NCBI GenBank assembly: GCA_021811315.1
Contig: JAJZPF010000010.1
Span: forward strand, 3,109 to 67,108
Source: a bacterium
GTDB lineage: Bacteria; Elusimicrobiota; Elusimicrobia; Elusimicrobiales; UBA9959
Direction: 5' to 3'
DNA: 64,000 nucleotides
The position numbers and the translations under genes are program-made. Below the pieces are notes generated by a model. That model saw only the letters and a program-made list of their open reading frames with translations. It had not been told where the DNA came from and did no database searches. This document shows positions 52,562 through 63,060 of this stretch, in pieces (within the stretch, counting starts at the first letter, position 1; each line of letters opens with the position of its first letter).

Positions 52562-54727
52562 ATGGCTAAAAAAACCAAAAAACCTTATGTCAAACCGGCG
52601 CCGGTCCCGGAGCCGAAGGACCGGTTCCCGGCCTGGCTTGTCTGGCCGGTCGTCGCGGCCTGGGGTGTTTTTGTCCTTAAAAGCTACTATTCAAAATTCC
52701 CCGTTAATCCGGACCTGCTTTCCAGCATCCTCTCGCCGGAGCAGTATACCGCCGGCCTTTTCAGCGTCCTGCCCGGGCATTTCCTGAACGTCCTGTACGC
52801 CGCGGTTTTCCTGTTCGCCTGCTTCTCGGCCGGCCGCGCGGCCCTTAAGGCGGCCCGGTTCGGCTTTGCCGGCGCGCTTGAGGAAGCGGTTTTTTCCTGC
52901 GGCGCGGGTTTCGGCCTGCTGGCCGCTTATGTTTTCATCCTTGCCGCTTTCAAGCTGCTTTACTTCTGGCCCGTGGCCGCTTTCATTCTCCTGGCCGGCG
53001 CCGCGGGGATCTATTCCCTGCGCAAGGAGCCCCTTCGCGCCGCCGGCGGCCCGGCCGCGTTAGGCCCCGCCGACTTCGCCGCGCTGGCGGTGCTCCTGCT
53101 GGCCATGCTGCTGAACCTGGCGGGGGCGCTGAGCCCCGAGATCTTCTACGACGCCCTGGTCTACCATCTTGCGGTCCCCAATTATTTCGTGATCAAACAC
53201 GGGATAGCCCCGATGCCCTATAATTTTTATTCCGACCTGCCTTTCACGCACGGGATGCTTTACGCCGCGGCGCTGCTGCTTAAGGGCGAGGCCCTGGCCA
53301 AATTTATAAATTACGGGGCGGGGCTCCTGACGGCCGGGGCCGTGCTGGCCCTCGGCGCGCGCCGTTTCTCCCTCAGGGCTGGGCTCTGGGGCGCGGCTAT
53401 ATTCTATACCGTAGGCCACGCCATGCTCGCCTCCTGGGCTACCGGCACCGAAACGCTGCTGATGTTCTTCTCCACCCTCGCGCTCTACGCGGTCCTGAAC
53501 CGTACCGACGAAGAGCCGCGCTGGCTCTGGCTCGCGGCCTGCTTCTGCGGCCTGGCCATGGGCGTCAAGTACACGGGCTTCTTTACCGCCGTGGGCGTTA
53601 TGCTGGTTTACGCCTGGCCGGCCCGCTCCCGGCCGCTGGCCGCGGCTAAGAACCTGGCGCTCTTCACGCTGGTCGCCTCTTTCTTCGTCGGGCCCTGGCT
53701 GATAAAGAATTATCTTTACCAGGGCGACCCGGTTTTTCCTTTCGCCCTGGGCCTCTTCGGCGCGGGCCCGCATTCCGACGCGCTGAAACTTAAGGAATTT
53801 ATCAGCCAGGCCAGCCAGATGGGGCCGCTGAGGCCGCTGTACTGGCTGACCATGCCCTGGAAGATCACGATGGGCCAGGTCCCGAACTCCGAATATTTCA
53901 GCCCGCTTTTTATCGTCATGCTCCCGCTCGCTTTCCTCCTGTCGGGGGCGGCGGGGCCGGCCCTCTCCGGCCTCTGGATATTTTTTCTTTCCGTCTGGGC
54001 GGGCTTTTCGGTCTCTTCCACCATGGTGCGCTTCCTTATGCCGGCCTATCCCGCGGCCGGGCTGATAATGGCGGCCTACCTTTTTTCACCGGGCCACAAG
54101 GCGCTGAAAAGCGCGCTCAAAGCCGCGGCGCTGGCCGTCTGCTTCACCGGGCTTTACTGGGCCGTGGTGATCTTTTATTCCCAGGGACGCTGGCGGCCCC
54201 TGGCCGGGGCCGTGGCCGTGGAGGACTACCTGAGCCATACCCAGCCCACTTATCCTTACAGCAGCTACGCCGGGGTAAAATACATCAACGAAAAAACCGC
54301 GCCCGGCTCCAAAGTCCTGCTGGTCGGCGACGAGCGGAGCTATTATCTTAAGAAAGATTTTATCGTAAGTTCGGTCTATGACAATACGGCCGCTGTGGAA
54401 TACGCCGCGGCGTCCAAAGACGGCGAGGACCTTTACGCGCGGCTTAAAGCCGACGGCGTTACGCATATACTTCTAAACACGGCCGAGGCCATAAGGCTGG
54501 GCACGAGTTACCGGATGTTCTACTGGGACGAGCGCGCCCGCGGCGTTTTCTATTCCTTCTGGGACCGGCATGCCAGGGAGGTGTTCTCCTTCGACGAAGC
54601 GCAGAACGGGCAGGTCTTCAACCGCGTTCTGGTCTACGAGCTCGACGATAAACTCCCCGCCGGCGTTCCCCCGGCCTTCAATGTGATGAAAGAAATTATC
54701 ATGAAGAACATCGAAGCGAAACATTAG
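52562..54727 (+). CDS. GT-C fold membrane glycosyltransferase (family 39 / ArnT-PMT-like) with a C-terminal soluble domain
   Basis: More than 10 predicted TM helices, first-loop motif PEIFYDALVYH, length and topology typical of PMT_2 proteins; internal ATG at 52562. Confidence 0.65.
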   Translation: MAKKTKKPYVKPAPVPEPKDRFPAWLVWPVVAAWGVFVLKSYYSKFPVNPDLLSSILSPEQYTAGLFSVLPGHFLNVLYAAVFLFACFSAGRAALKAARFGFAGALEEAVFSCGAGFGLLAAYVFILAAFKLLYFWPVAAFILLAGAAGIYSLRKEPLRAAGGPAALGPADFAALAVLLLAMLLNLAGALSPEIFYDALVYHLAVPNYFVIKHGIAPMPYNFYSDLPFTHGMLYAAALLLKGEALAKFINYGAGLLTAGAVLALGARRFSLRAGLWGAAIFYTVGHAMLASWATGTETLLMFFSTLALYAVLNRTDEEPRWLWLAACFCGLAMGVKYTGFFTAVGVMLVYAWPARSRPLAAAKNLALFTLVASFFVGPWLIKNYLYQGDPVFPFALGLFGAGPHSDALKLKEFISQASQMGPLRPLYWLTMPWKITMGQVPNSEYFSPLFIVMLPLAFLLSGAAGPALSGLWIFFLSVWAGFSVSSTMVRFLMPAYPAAGLIMAAYLFSPGHKALKSALKAAALAVCFTGLYWAVVIFYSQGRWRPLAGAVAVEDYLSHTQPTYPYSSYAGVKYINEKTAPGSKVLLVGDERSYYLKKDFIVSSVYDNTAAVEYAAASKDGEDLYARLKADGVTHILLNTAEAIRLGTSYRMFYWDERARGVFYSFWDRHAREVFSFDEAQNGQVFNRVLVYELDDKLPAGVPPAFNVMKEIIMKNIEAKH

Positions 54728-54797
54728 GTTCGTTTATTTATTCCTCTCCCCGCCAAAGATTTGCTACTTTATACTTAAAGCGGCGGTTTTTATCTGA

Positions 54798-56579
54798 ATG
54801 CTTATAAAACGCTTCATTTTCTCCTCCTTGTGCTTCATTCTTCTCTCGGGCTTCTCGCCCGCGCGCGCTTTCGACCCCTCCGGCTGGCAGACCAGCAAAG
54901 ATTATCCGCTGATCGGCTCGCCGGAGGCTAAAAAAGGCGGGACGCTCCGCTCTACCTGGCTGAGCTTCCCCCCGACGCTGCGGGTCCTCGGCCCTAATTC
55001 CAATACCATGGAGAGCAGGGACCTGCAGAACATGGTCTACGAGACCCTGCTGGGCCTGCACCCGGAGACGCTCGAGTACATGCCCGGCCTCGCCGATTAC
55101 TGGAAGATCTCTCCCGACAAGCGCAAGTTCTATTTCCATATAAACCCGAAGGCCCGCTGGGCCGACGGCAGCCCGGTTACCGCCGAGGACGTGGTGGCCA
55201 GTTGGGAATTCAAGGTCCGCAAGGATATCAAGGACCCTTATTCCTTGATGATGTGGAGCGAGAGCTACGAGAAACCGGTGGCCGAGAGCGCCGACATCGT
55301 CTCGGTGAAGACGAAGAAACTGCACTGGCGCCTCTTTATGTATTTCAGCGGCACTGCGATCTACCCGGCAAAAGAGCTCAAGAACCTGACCGGGGATAAA
55401 TACCTGGAAGATTATAACTGGAAGATGTTCATGGGCTCAGGCCCCTATGAATTGAAGCCGGAGAATATCAGGAACGGGGAATCCATCACGCTGACCCGCC
55501 GCCCGGATTACTGGGGCGAGAAAGAAAGAGGCAATATAGGCCTCAATAATTTCGACAAGCTCACCTGGCTGGTAGTGATGGACGAGGAGCTCGCTTTCGA
55601 GAAGTTCAAGAAGGGCGAGCTTGATTATTATTACGTCAATAAGTCCCAGCGCTGGCTCGAGGAATCCGATTTCGACAAGGTGCAGAAAGGCTGGATCCTG
55701 AAGCGCAAGATCTTCACCCGGGCGCCGCAAGGTTTTTCCGGCCTGGTCTTCAATATGCGCAAGCCCCCCTTCGACGACCGGAACGTCCGCAAGGCTTTCG
55801 CCTACCTTTATAACCGGGACAAGCTGATAGACAAGCTTTTCTTCGGAGAATACGGCTTTATCGACAGCTATTACCCCGGCAGCGACTGGGGCAATCCGGA
55901 CAACCCGAAGATACGCTATAACCCGCGGATGGCCAAGCGCCTGCTTGCGCGGGCGGGCTGGAAGACCCGCAACCAGGACGGCTGGCTGGAGAAAGACGGG
56001 AAGCCTTTCGAGATAACCCTGGAATACGGAGACCCCGGCTCGACCAGGATACACAAGGTGGTGCAGGAAGACTTTAAGAAAGCCGGCATCAAGATGAACC
56101 TCAAGCTCATCGACCGGAACACGCTGATGAAGAAGGTCGGCGAGCGCAATTTCACCATCCATTCCCAGGCCTGGGGCGCGCTGCAGTTCCCAAACCCCGT
56201 CAGCTCCTGGAGCGGCGAGCTGGCGGACAAGAACGACAATAACAACCTCCCGGGCTTCAAGAACGCCGAGGTGGACGCGCTCTGCAAAGAATACGACCTG
56301 GCTTTCGATGTTAAGACCCAGAAGCGCCTTATCCGCAGGATAGACGGCCTAATCTTCAGGGCGCATCCTTACGCGCTGGGCTGGAGCGCGGGTTTCAGCC
56401 GGATACTTTACGTTAACCGGTTCGGCCACCCGGATAAATATTTCTCCAAGATCGGGGATTACAGGGGCATAATTTCCCTGTGGTGGGCGGATCCCGACAA
56501 GGAAAAAGCGCTGGCGGAGGCCGTGAAGAGCGGCAAGAGCCTGCCGGTAGGGGAGACGGAACTGCGGCCCTGGGACTGA
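54798..56579 (+). CDS. ABC transporter substrate-binding protein, family 5 (peptide/opine/nickel type; YejA-like length)
   Basis: Signal peptide; family-5 SBP patterns such as KKGGTLR, WADGSPVTAEDV, RPDYWG. Confidence 0.85.
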   Translation: MLIKRFIFSSLCFILLSGFSPARAFDPSGWQTSKDYPLIGSPEAKKGGTLRSTWLSFPPTLRVLGPNSNTMESRDLQNMVYETLLGLHPETLEYMPGLADYWKISPDKRKFYFHINPKARWADGSPVTAEDVVASWEFKVRKDIKDPYSLMMWSESYEKPVAESADIVSVKTKKLHWRLFMYFSGTAIYPAKELKNLTGDKYLEDYNWKMFMGSGPYELKPENIRNGESITLTRRPDYWGEKERGNIGLNNFDKLTWLVVMDEELAFEKFKKGELDYYYVNKSQRWLEESDFDKVQKGWILKRKIFTRAPQGFSGLVFNMRKPPFDDRNVRKAFAYLYNRDKLIDKLFFGEYGFIDSYYPGSDWGNPDNPKIRYNPRMAKRLLARAGWKTRNQDGWLEKDGKPFEITLEYGDPGSTRIHKVVQEDFKKAGIKMNLKLIDRNTLMKKVGERNFTIHSQAWGALQFPNPVSSWSGELADKNDNNNLPGFKNAEVDALCKEYDLAFDVKTQKRLIRRIDGLIFRAHPYALGWSAGFSRILYVNRFGHPDKYFSKIGDYRGIISLWWADPDKEKALAEAVKSGKSLPVGETELRPWD

Positions 56580-56596
56580 GGCCTCACCCTTAAATT

Positions 56597-57643
56597 ATGC
56601 ACGGAATGATCACCTATTTTATCCGCCGGCTGCTTCTGATCCCGGTCACTTTCATCGCTATAACTTTCCTGGTCTACTTCATGCTGCGCGTCGTGCCGGG
56701 CGGCCCGATAGAGCAGGCGCAGCTGCAGATAAAGATGGCGATGATGGGCGAGGGCGGCTCCTCAGGCATGGCCAGCGAGCAGGGCGAGCTCCAGATCCCG
56801 GCAGCGGCGATGGCCGAGCTGAAGAAGTATTACCATCTCGACAAGAGCATTCCCGAGGGCTACGCGCGCTGGCTGTGGGGCATCTGCCGCCTCGATTTCG
56901 GCCGCTCCTACGTTTACAGCGAGCCCGTGCTCGACGTGATAATTTCAAAGTTCCCGGTCTCCATCTATTTCGGCCTGATAGGCTATTTCGCTTCCTGGCT
57001 GATCTGCGTGCCTCTGGGCGTGACCAAGGCCATAAGGCATAAGTCGGGTTACGACACTGCCACCTCCATCATAGTCTTTCTCGGCTATTCCATCCCCGGT
57101 TTCGTGGCCTGCCTGATGCTGATGGTGCTGCTGGGCGGCGGCAGCTACCTCGACATTTTACCCCTCGGCGGTTTCCGGTCCGAGAACTGGGCCCAGCTCG
57201 GCTTCTTCGCCAAGATCGCCGACCAGCTGCGGCATACGGCCATCCCGGTGCTCGGCTACGTTATGGGCGGCTTCGCCACGATGACCATATTGATGAAGAA
57301 TTCCCTGCTGGATAACCTGGGCGCGGATTATGTGCGCACGGCCTTCGCCAAGGGCCTCTCCGAGAACCGCGTCCTCTTCGTTCACGCTATGCGCAATTCC
57401 CTGATCCCGATGACCGTGGGCATCGGCCACGCGCTCGGCCTGCTTTTCGCCGGCTCTTTCCTTATAGAGAAGACCTGCAATATCCAGGGTATGGGCCTGC
57501 TCAGCTTTAATTCGGTCATACAGCGCGACTACCCGGTGATACTCGGAACGCTGGTGTTCCTGGTGTTGATAAGGCTGATGGGCAATATTTTCTCCGACGT
57601 GGTGTGGGCGCTGATAGACCCCAGGATAAGGTTCGGCAAATGA
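56597..57643 (+). CDS. ABC transporter permease (YejB/OppB-like)
   Basis: MITYFIRRLLLIPV..., YVRTAFAKGL EAA loop. Confidence 0.85.
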   Translation: MHGMITYFIRRLLLIPVTFIAITFLVYFMLRVVPGGPIEQAQLQIKMAMMGEGGSSGMASEQGELQIPAAAMAELKKYYHLDKSIPEGYARWLWGICRLDFGRSYVYSEPVLDVIISKFPVSIYFGLIGYFASWLICVPLGVTKAIRHKSGYDTATSIIVFLGYSIPGFVACLMLMVLLGGGSYLDILPLGGFRSENWAQLGFFAKIADQLRHTAIPVLGYVMGGFATMTILMKNSLLDNLGADYVRTAFAKGLSENRVLFVHAMRNSLIPMTVGIGHALGLLFAGSFLIEKTCNIQGMGLLSFNSVIQRDYPVILGTLVFLVLIRLMGNIFSDVVWALIDPRIRFGK

Positions 57644-59022
57644 TCGTACTAAAGCTTGTAGAGACCGCCGTCCTGCTGACCGCCGGGCATCTTTTTACCC
57701 ACAGGGCGCTGCCCTCTCTTTACGTCAAGACGGGCGCCGCGCTCGGCTTCGACATGAAGCTCGCCCCGCACTGGGAAAAGCGCATCAAGCGCTTTAAGAC
57801 CATAAAGCGCGGCTATTATTCTTTCCTTATAATTACCACGCTGTTCGTGATGTCCCTGTTCCTGGAGTTCATGGTGAACAATAAACCGCTGTTCATCCGC
57901 TACGGCTCCAAGGTCTCTTTTCCGGCCGTGGCCGAGTGGACCGATCAGCTTCTTTTCTTCAAAGCCCCCCGCCCGATGAACATGAAAGCCGATTTCGGGC
58001 AGATAGGCGACGACGAGGTCGATTACCGGCTGTTCGCGGCGGCCCGCAAAGACCCGTCCCTGTTCGATTCCCAGGCGAAGGCGCTTGAGGCCGAGATAGG
58101 CGAGATCCGCAGGCAGCTCGCCGTCAAGCCGGCCCCCCGCGCCACCCCGGAGGAACTGCAGGACTACAGGGACCTGCAGGAGATAGTCCCCGATATCGAG
58201 GCCGAGCTCAAGGCCCTGGCCGAAGCAAAGAGCATGTTCGCGGCCGGCAAGGCGGCGATACTGATGCCGGTCTACCCATATTCCCCGCGGGAGCATCTGC
58301 TGGATATGCCGGGCAGGCCGCCGCACAGGCCCGGCAATGACCACCTGCTTGGCACCGACGATTCAGGTACCGATGTTTTCGCCCAGCTGGTCTACGGCTT
58401 CAGGACCTCCATGTCTTTCGCGCTGATAGTCTCCATCCTCGGCTATCTCATCGGCATCGTAGTCGGCGGGGTGATGGGCTACTTCGGCGGCTGGACCGAC
58501 ATTCTTTTACAGCGCTTCATAGAGATCTGGGCCTCCATCCCTTTCCTGTTCATGCTTATCATTATCGCGTCTATGGTCCAGCCCACTTTCCTGCTGCTGG
58601 TTTCGCTGATAGTGCTGCTGCAGGGCTGGGTGGGCATCTCCTACTATATCCGCGGCGAGTTCTACCGCGAGAAGTCCAGGGATTATGTGCACGCGGCCGT
58701 GGCCATGGGCGCGAGCGAATGGTCGGTGATGATGAAGCATATCCTGCCCAACTCGCTGGTCCCGCTGGTCACCTTCGCGCCTTTCAGTATCGTCGGGACT
58801 ATCGGCTCGCTGGTGTCCCTCGACTTCCTCGGCTTCGGCCTGCCGGTGGGGACGCCCAGCTGGGGCGTGCTGCTGGACCAGGGGATGAAATACCTGAAGT
58901 ATTACCCGCACCTTATTCTTACCCCCTCCATCGCGCTGGCGGTGACGCTCTTCATGGTGGTCATGGTCGGCGAGGCGGTGCGCGAAGCTTTCGACCCGAA
59001 GGTTTTCTCGAGGCTGAGATAA
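57640..59022 (+). CDS. ABC transporter permease with a long N-terminal extension (YejE/OppC-like)
   Basis: ATGA overlap with the upstream stop; HLLGTDDSGTDVF and AAVAMGASEWSVMMKHILPNS. Confidence 0.85.
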   Translation: MIVLKLVETAVLLTAGHLFTHRALPSLYVKTGAALGFDMKLAPHWEKRIKRFKTIKRGYYSFLIITTLFVMSLFLEFMVNNKPLFIRYGSKVSFPAVAEWTDQLLFFKAPRPMNMKADFGQIGDDEVDYRLFAAARKDPSLFDSQAKALEAEIGEIRRQLAVKPAPRATPEELQDYRDLQEIVPDIEAELKALAEAKSMFAAGKAAILMPVYPYSPREHLLDMPGRPPHRPGNDHLLGTDDSGTDVFAQLVYGFRTSMSFALIVSILGYLIGIVVGGVMGYFGGWTDILLQRFIEIWASIPFLFMLIIIASMVQPTFLLLVSLIVLLQGWVGISYYIRGEFYREKSRDYVHAAVAMGASEWSVMMKHILPNSLVPLVTFAPFSIVGTIGSLVSLDFLGFGLPVGTPSWGVLLDQGMKYLKYYPHLILTPSIALAVTLFMVVMVGEAVREAFDPKVFSRLR

Positions 59023-59023
59023 T

Positions 59024-60028
59024 ATGCCCGGAACCCCCGAAAAGAAAAAACTGCTGGAAGTCAGAGGCCTGAAAACCTCATTCCAGGTCGACGACAAAAG
59101 AGCCAGGGCCGTGGACGGCGTGGATTTTCATATTTACGAGAACGAGGTCCTGGGCCTCGTCGGCGAGTCCGGCTGCGGCAAGTCCGTGACAGCGCTGAGC
59201 CTGCTCCGCCTGATCCCCGACCCCCCGGGCAAAATAACCGACGGGGAGATAATTTTCAGGGGCAGGGACCTGCTGAAGCTGTCCTATCCGGAGATGCGCA
59301 AGATCCGCGGCAAAGAGATCTCGATGATCTTCCAGGAGCCGATGACCTCCCTGAACCCGGTCTTCTCCATCGGCTGGCAGCTGATGGAGGCAATCCGCTT
59401 CCACCAGGAAGGCCTGACGAAAAAGCAGATCGAGGCCCGGGCCGTGGAGATGCTCGGCCTGGTCGGCATCCCCTCCCCTAAAGAGCGTCTTAACGATTAT
59501 CCCCACCAGTTTTCCGGCGGCATGCGGCAGCGCGTGATGATCGCTATGGCGCTGTCCTCCGACCCCGCCCTCCTTATCGCGGACGAGCCGACGACGGCGC
59601 TCGACGTCACCATCCAGGCGCAGATCCTGGACCTGATGCTGGAGGTGAAAAAAAAGACGCACGACGCGGCTATCCTGCTCATCACCCACGACCTGGCCGT
59701 GGTGGCCGAGACCTGCCAGCGCGTAGTCGTGATGTACGGCGGGAAGATCCAGGAAATTTCCGACGTGAAGCCGCTTTTCGACGGGCCGCTTCACCCGTAT
59801 ACGGTAGGCCTCCTCAAGTCCCTGCCCGGCTTCAAGAACGAGCCCGGCAAGCGCCTGCCCGTTATAGAAGGGATGGTTCCCGACATCCTGAGCTTCCCCA
59901 AAGGCTGCAAATTCAACAACCGCTGTTCCGAGGTCATGCCGGTCTGCCGCGAGACCGAGCCGGAGCTGGTCGAGGTCTCCCCCGGCAGGCAGGTAAGGTG
60001 TCACAAATGTCCAAAAAAACAGCCGTAA
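59024..60028 (+). CDS. ABC transporter ATP-binding protein (OppD-like)
   Basis: [27 protein letters not shown]. Confidence 0.9.
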   Translation: MPGTPEKKKLLEVRGLKTSFQVDDKRARAVDGVDFHIYENEVLGLVGESGCGKSVTALSLLRLIPDPPGKITDGEIIFRGRDLLKLSYPEMRKIRGKEISMIFQEPMTSLNPVFSIGWQLMEAIRFHQEGLTKKQIEARAVEMLGLVGIPSPKERLNDYPHQFSGGMRQRVMIAMALSSDPALLIADEPTTALDVTIQAQILDLMLEVKKKTHDAAILLITHDLAVVAETCQRVVVMYGGKIQEISDVKPLFDGPLHPYTVGLLKSLPGFKNEPGKRLPVIEGMVPDILSFPKGCKFNNRCSEVMPVCRETEPELVEVSPGRQVRCHKCPKKQP

Positions 60029-61026
60029 AAGACAGCCCGGCGGGCGGGAATATCCTGGAGGTCTCTGACCTCAAAGTGCATTTCCCCATACACGGCGGGC
60101 TGCTCCTCCGCCAGGTAGGCGAGGTCAAGGCCGTCGACGGCGTATCTTTTTCTATGAAGCCCGGCGAGACGCTGGGCATGGTGGGCGAATCCGGCTGCGG
60201 CAAGACCACCATCGGCAAGGCCCTCATTAACCTAGTGAAGTCCACTTCCGGAAAAATAATGTTCCCTGACAGCAGCGGCAAGATGGTTGACATCGCCAAT
60301 CTGAGCCGTTCGGCCATGCGCCCGTTCCGCTCGCGCATCCAGATGGTCTTCCAGGACCCTTATTCCTCGCTTAATTCCCGGCTGTCGGTGGAGTCGATCG
60401 TCGAGGAGCCGCTGAATATCCATCTGCCGGACCTGAGCCGCAAAGAGAAGCGCGAGAAGGTCGCCTGGCTGCTTGAAAAAGTGGGGCTCCGGGCCGCCTA
60501 CGCCTCCCGCTACCCGCACGAGTTCTCGGGTGGTCAGCGCCAGCGCATCGGCCTGGCCAGGGCCCTCGCCACCAACCCGGCCTTCATCATCGCCGACGAA
60601 CCGGTCTCGGCCCTGGACGTTTCCATCCAGGCGCAGATCATAAACCTGCTGCAGGACCTGCAGGACGAATTCAAACTGACCTATCTTTTCATCGCCCACG
60701 ACCTCTCCGTCGTGGAGCATATCAGCTCCCGGATAGCCGTCATGTACCTCGGCAATATGGTGGAACTCGGCCCGGCCCGCGATATAAATAAAGATCCTCT
60801 GCACCCGTATACCAGGGCCCTTATGTCGGCCGCCCCCCAGCCGGACCCTTATAAGACCCGGGAAGGGCGGATAATATTGAAAGGGGACGTCCCCAGTCCC
60901 CTCGCCAAACCGTCCGGCTGCGGCTTCAGGACGCGCTGCCCGATGGCCAAAGAAGATTGCGCCCTTAAGGTCCCGGTCCTGGTCGAAAAAAAACCGGGGC
61001 ATTTCGCGGCCTGCCCGTACGTCTAG
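60007..61026 (+). CDS. ABC transporter ATP-binding protein (OppF-like)
   Basis: GESGCGKTT, FSGGQRQR, IIADEPVSALD; the ATG at 60007 is preferred over the GTG at 59998. Confidence 0.9.
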   Translation: MSKKTAVKDSPAGGNILEVSDLKVHFPIHGGLLLRQVGEVKAVDGVSFSMKPGETLGMVGESGCGKTTIGKALINLVKSTSGKIMFPDSSGKMVDIANLSRSAMRPFRSRIQMVFQDPYSSLNSRLSVESIVEEPLNIHLPDLSRKEKREKVAWLLEKVGLRAAYASRYPHEFSGGQRQRIGLARALATNPAFIIADEPVSALDVSIQAQIINLLQDLQDEFKLTYLFIAHDLSVVEHISSRIAVMYLGNMVELGPARDINKDPLHPYTRALMSAAPQPDPYKTREGRIILKGDVPSPLAKPSGCGFRTRCPMAKEDCALKVPVLVEKKPGHFAACPYV

Positions 61027-61108
61027 CGCCGCGGCGCGTTCCGGACGGTTTCCCCCGGGTGATTTTCGCTTGCCTGAAAAATCCATAAAGTGTATATTAT
61101 TGTAAGTT

Positions 61109-62380
61109 ATGATCAAACATAAAGTCTTTCTCACCTTATTTTTATCCTTATCCGCCGTGTGCGGCCTTTTTGCCGCCAAGCCAGCGCCCGCCGCGAAAAA
61201 AGCGGCTTCCCTCCCCCCGGCGGCCGTCCTCGGCGGCGTTACGGCGGCGGACATGCCTTACGACGTGGGAGGCGCCGTCCTCCTCAGGTGGGCCGTCAAC
61301 CCCTCCGATACTCCGGCCACTACCTACACGGTTTACGCTTCCTCCCTCCAGGCCGGCGGCTGGGTAGAGGCGGAGAGTTTCGCCTCCACGGCTAAAACAG
61401 GCAAAGACATCGATCTTCCTTTCTGGGCCTGGGACGGTTCCGCCTCTGAACACGCCGTAAAGATCGAACTTACGAATTTCTTCGGCGAGATAAAGGACGG
61501 GGATGTTTTCCACTTCAAGGTCGCCGCGCTGGAGAACGGCAAGCTTGTCGCCGAATCCCTGCCGCTGGACGCTTCCACCACCAGCAACTGGTTCCGGCTG
61601 GACCGGCTGAATAACGTCGTGATGCTGCTGCTCGTGACCATCGTGTTCTTCTGGGCGGTCTCCCACGCCAAGCGCAAGGGCCTGTTTATCCGCCGCATAG
61701 CCGGCCTCGACGCCATCGACGAGGCCATCGGCCGCGCCACGGAGATGGGCAAGCCGATCTATTACGTCCCGGGCATAGGCGACATGACCATGGTGTCCAC
61801 CATCGCCTCCACTTTCATCCTCGGCGAGGTCGCTAAAAAAGTGGCGCAGTACGATACGACCATAAAAGTGCCGCATTACAACCCGGTCGTTATGACCGTG
61901 TCGAAAGAAGTCGTAAAGCAGGCTTTCCTCGAAGCCGGGCGCCCGGACTCCTTCCGCGAGGATATCAACCAGTTCATCAGCTCCGACCAGTTCTCCTACG
62001 CCGCTTCCGTCGACGGCATGATCTCCCGCGAGAAGCCGGCGGCCTGCTTCTTCATGGGTTACTTCATGGCGGAGTCCCTGCTGCTGGCCGAAGTGGGAGC
62101 CACCACCGGCGCTATACAGATAGCCGGCACCGATTCGGAGAGCCAGCTGCCCTTCTTCTTTACCGCCTGCGACTATACGCTTATCGGCGAGGAGCTCTAC
62201 GCCGCCGGGGCTTATCTTTCTAAAGACCCCATGCTGCAGAGCGCTCTGAAAGCCCAGGATTTCGGCAAGCTGGTGGTTATGATCTCCGTAGCCCTGGGCG
62301 TGATCCTGACCGCGGTCGGCGCCCTGATGAAATGGGGCGCCTTTACCCAAACGATCGCCGATCTCTTCAAGGCTTATTGA
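61109..62380 (+). CDS. Hypothetical membrane protein (423 aa): signal/anchor, FN3-like ectodomain, TM, about 230-aa conserved-looking region, C-terminal TM
   Basis: ORF with good coding character; hydrophobic segments VVMLLLVTIVFFWAV and LVVMISVALGVILTAVGALM; no family confidently recognised. Confidence 0.6.
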   Translation: MIKHKVFLTLFLSLSAVCGLFAAKPAPAAKKAASLPPAAVLGGVTAADMPYDVGGAVLLRWAVNPSDTPATTYTVYASSLQAGGWVEAESFASTAKTGKDIDLPFWAWDGSASEHAVKIELTNFFGEIKDGDVFHFKVAALENGKLVAESLPLDASTTSNWFRLDRLNNVVMLLLVTIVFFWAVSHAKRKGLFIRRIAGLDAIDEAIGRATEMGKPIYYVPGIGDMTMVSTIASTFILGEVAKKVAQYDTTIKVPHYNPVVMTVSKEVVKQAFLEAGRPDSFREDINQFISSDQFSYAASVDGMISREKPAACFFMGYFMAESLLLAEVGATTGAIQIAGTDSESQLPFFFTACDYTLIGEELYAAGAYLSKDPMLQSALKAQDFGKLVVMISVALGVILTAVGALMKWGAFTQTIADLFKAY

Positions 62381-62386
62381 TAACTT

Positions 62387-63055
62387 ATGAAATTAATCAA
62401 AAAAACCATACCGCTGGCCATCGTCTTCGTTTTCGGCATCCTGACGCTGCTGACTTATTATGTGCCGCACAAGCATTCCGTGGACTTCCTGGAAACGATG
62501 AATAAATGGGAAAATATCGTGACGGCTTTCGCGTTCTTCCTGGGCTTGATAAGCCTTTTTTACGCCCATTCCACCAAGATCTCCCGCAAGGCCGACGGCT
62601 GGGGCTACAGCCTTTTCGTCTTTGTAGGCTTCCTCGCGATAATAATCCCGGCCTATATCAGCAAAGGCAAGAACATGAACGGCGCGGAGCTGACCTGGAT
62701 GGGCTGGGCTTTCCAGTATATCTACAACCCGCTTTCGGCCACCATGTTCGCCGTGCTGGCTTTCTACATCGTTTCCACCGCGTATAAGTCTTTCCGCATA
62801 AAGTCCCTCCAGGCCTTCGTCCTCTTCGTGGCGGCGATGTTCCTGATACTCGGGAACGTCCCGCTCGGCCAGATCATCTGGGACAAAATGCTGGGCTGGA
62901 CCGGCTATAACATCTCGCAGGTCGTGGATTGGATCATGCACGTGCCGGCCGTGGCCGGAAAGCGCGGCATCATGATAGGCATCTCCATAGGCGCGGTAGT
63001 CACGGCCCTTAAAATTATTTTCGGTATTGAACGTCAATACCTCGGCAAGGATTGA
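62387..63055 (+). CDS. Hypothetical polytopic membrane protein (222 aa, about 6 TM)
   Basis: Begins 6 nt after the upstream stop; strongly hydrophobic throughout. Confidence 0.6.
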   Translation: MKLIKKTIPLAIVFVFGILTLLTYYVPHKHSVDFLETMNKWENIVTAFAFFLGLISLFYAHSTKISRKADGWGYSLFVFVGFLAIIIPAYISKGKNMNGAELTWMGWAFQYIYNPLSATMFAVLAFYIVSTAYKSFRIKSLQAFVLFVAAMFLILGNVPLGQIIWDKMLGWTGYNISQVVDWIMHVPAVAGKRGIMIGISIGAVVTALKIIFGIERQYLGKD

Positions 63056-63060
63056 ACCTT

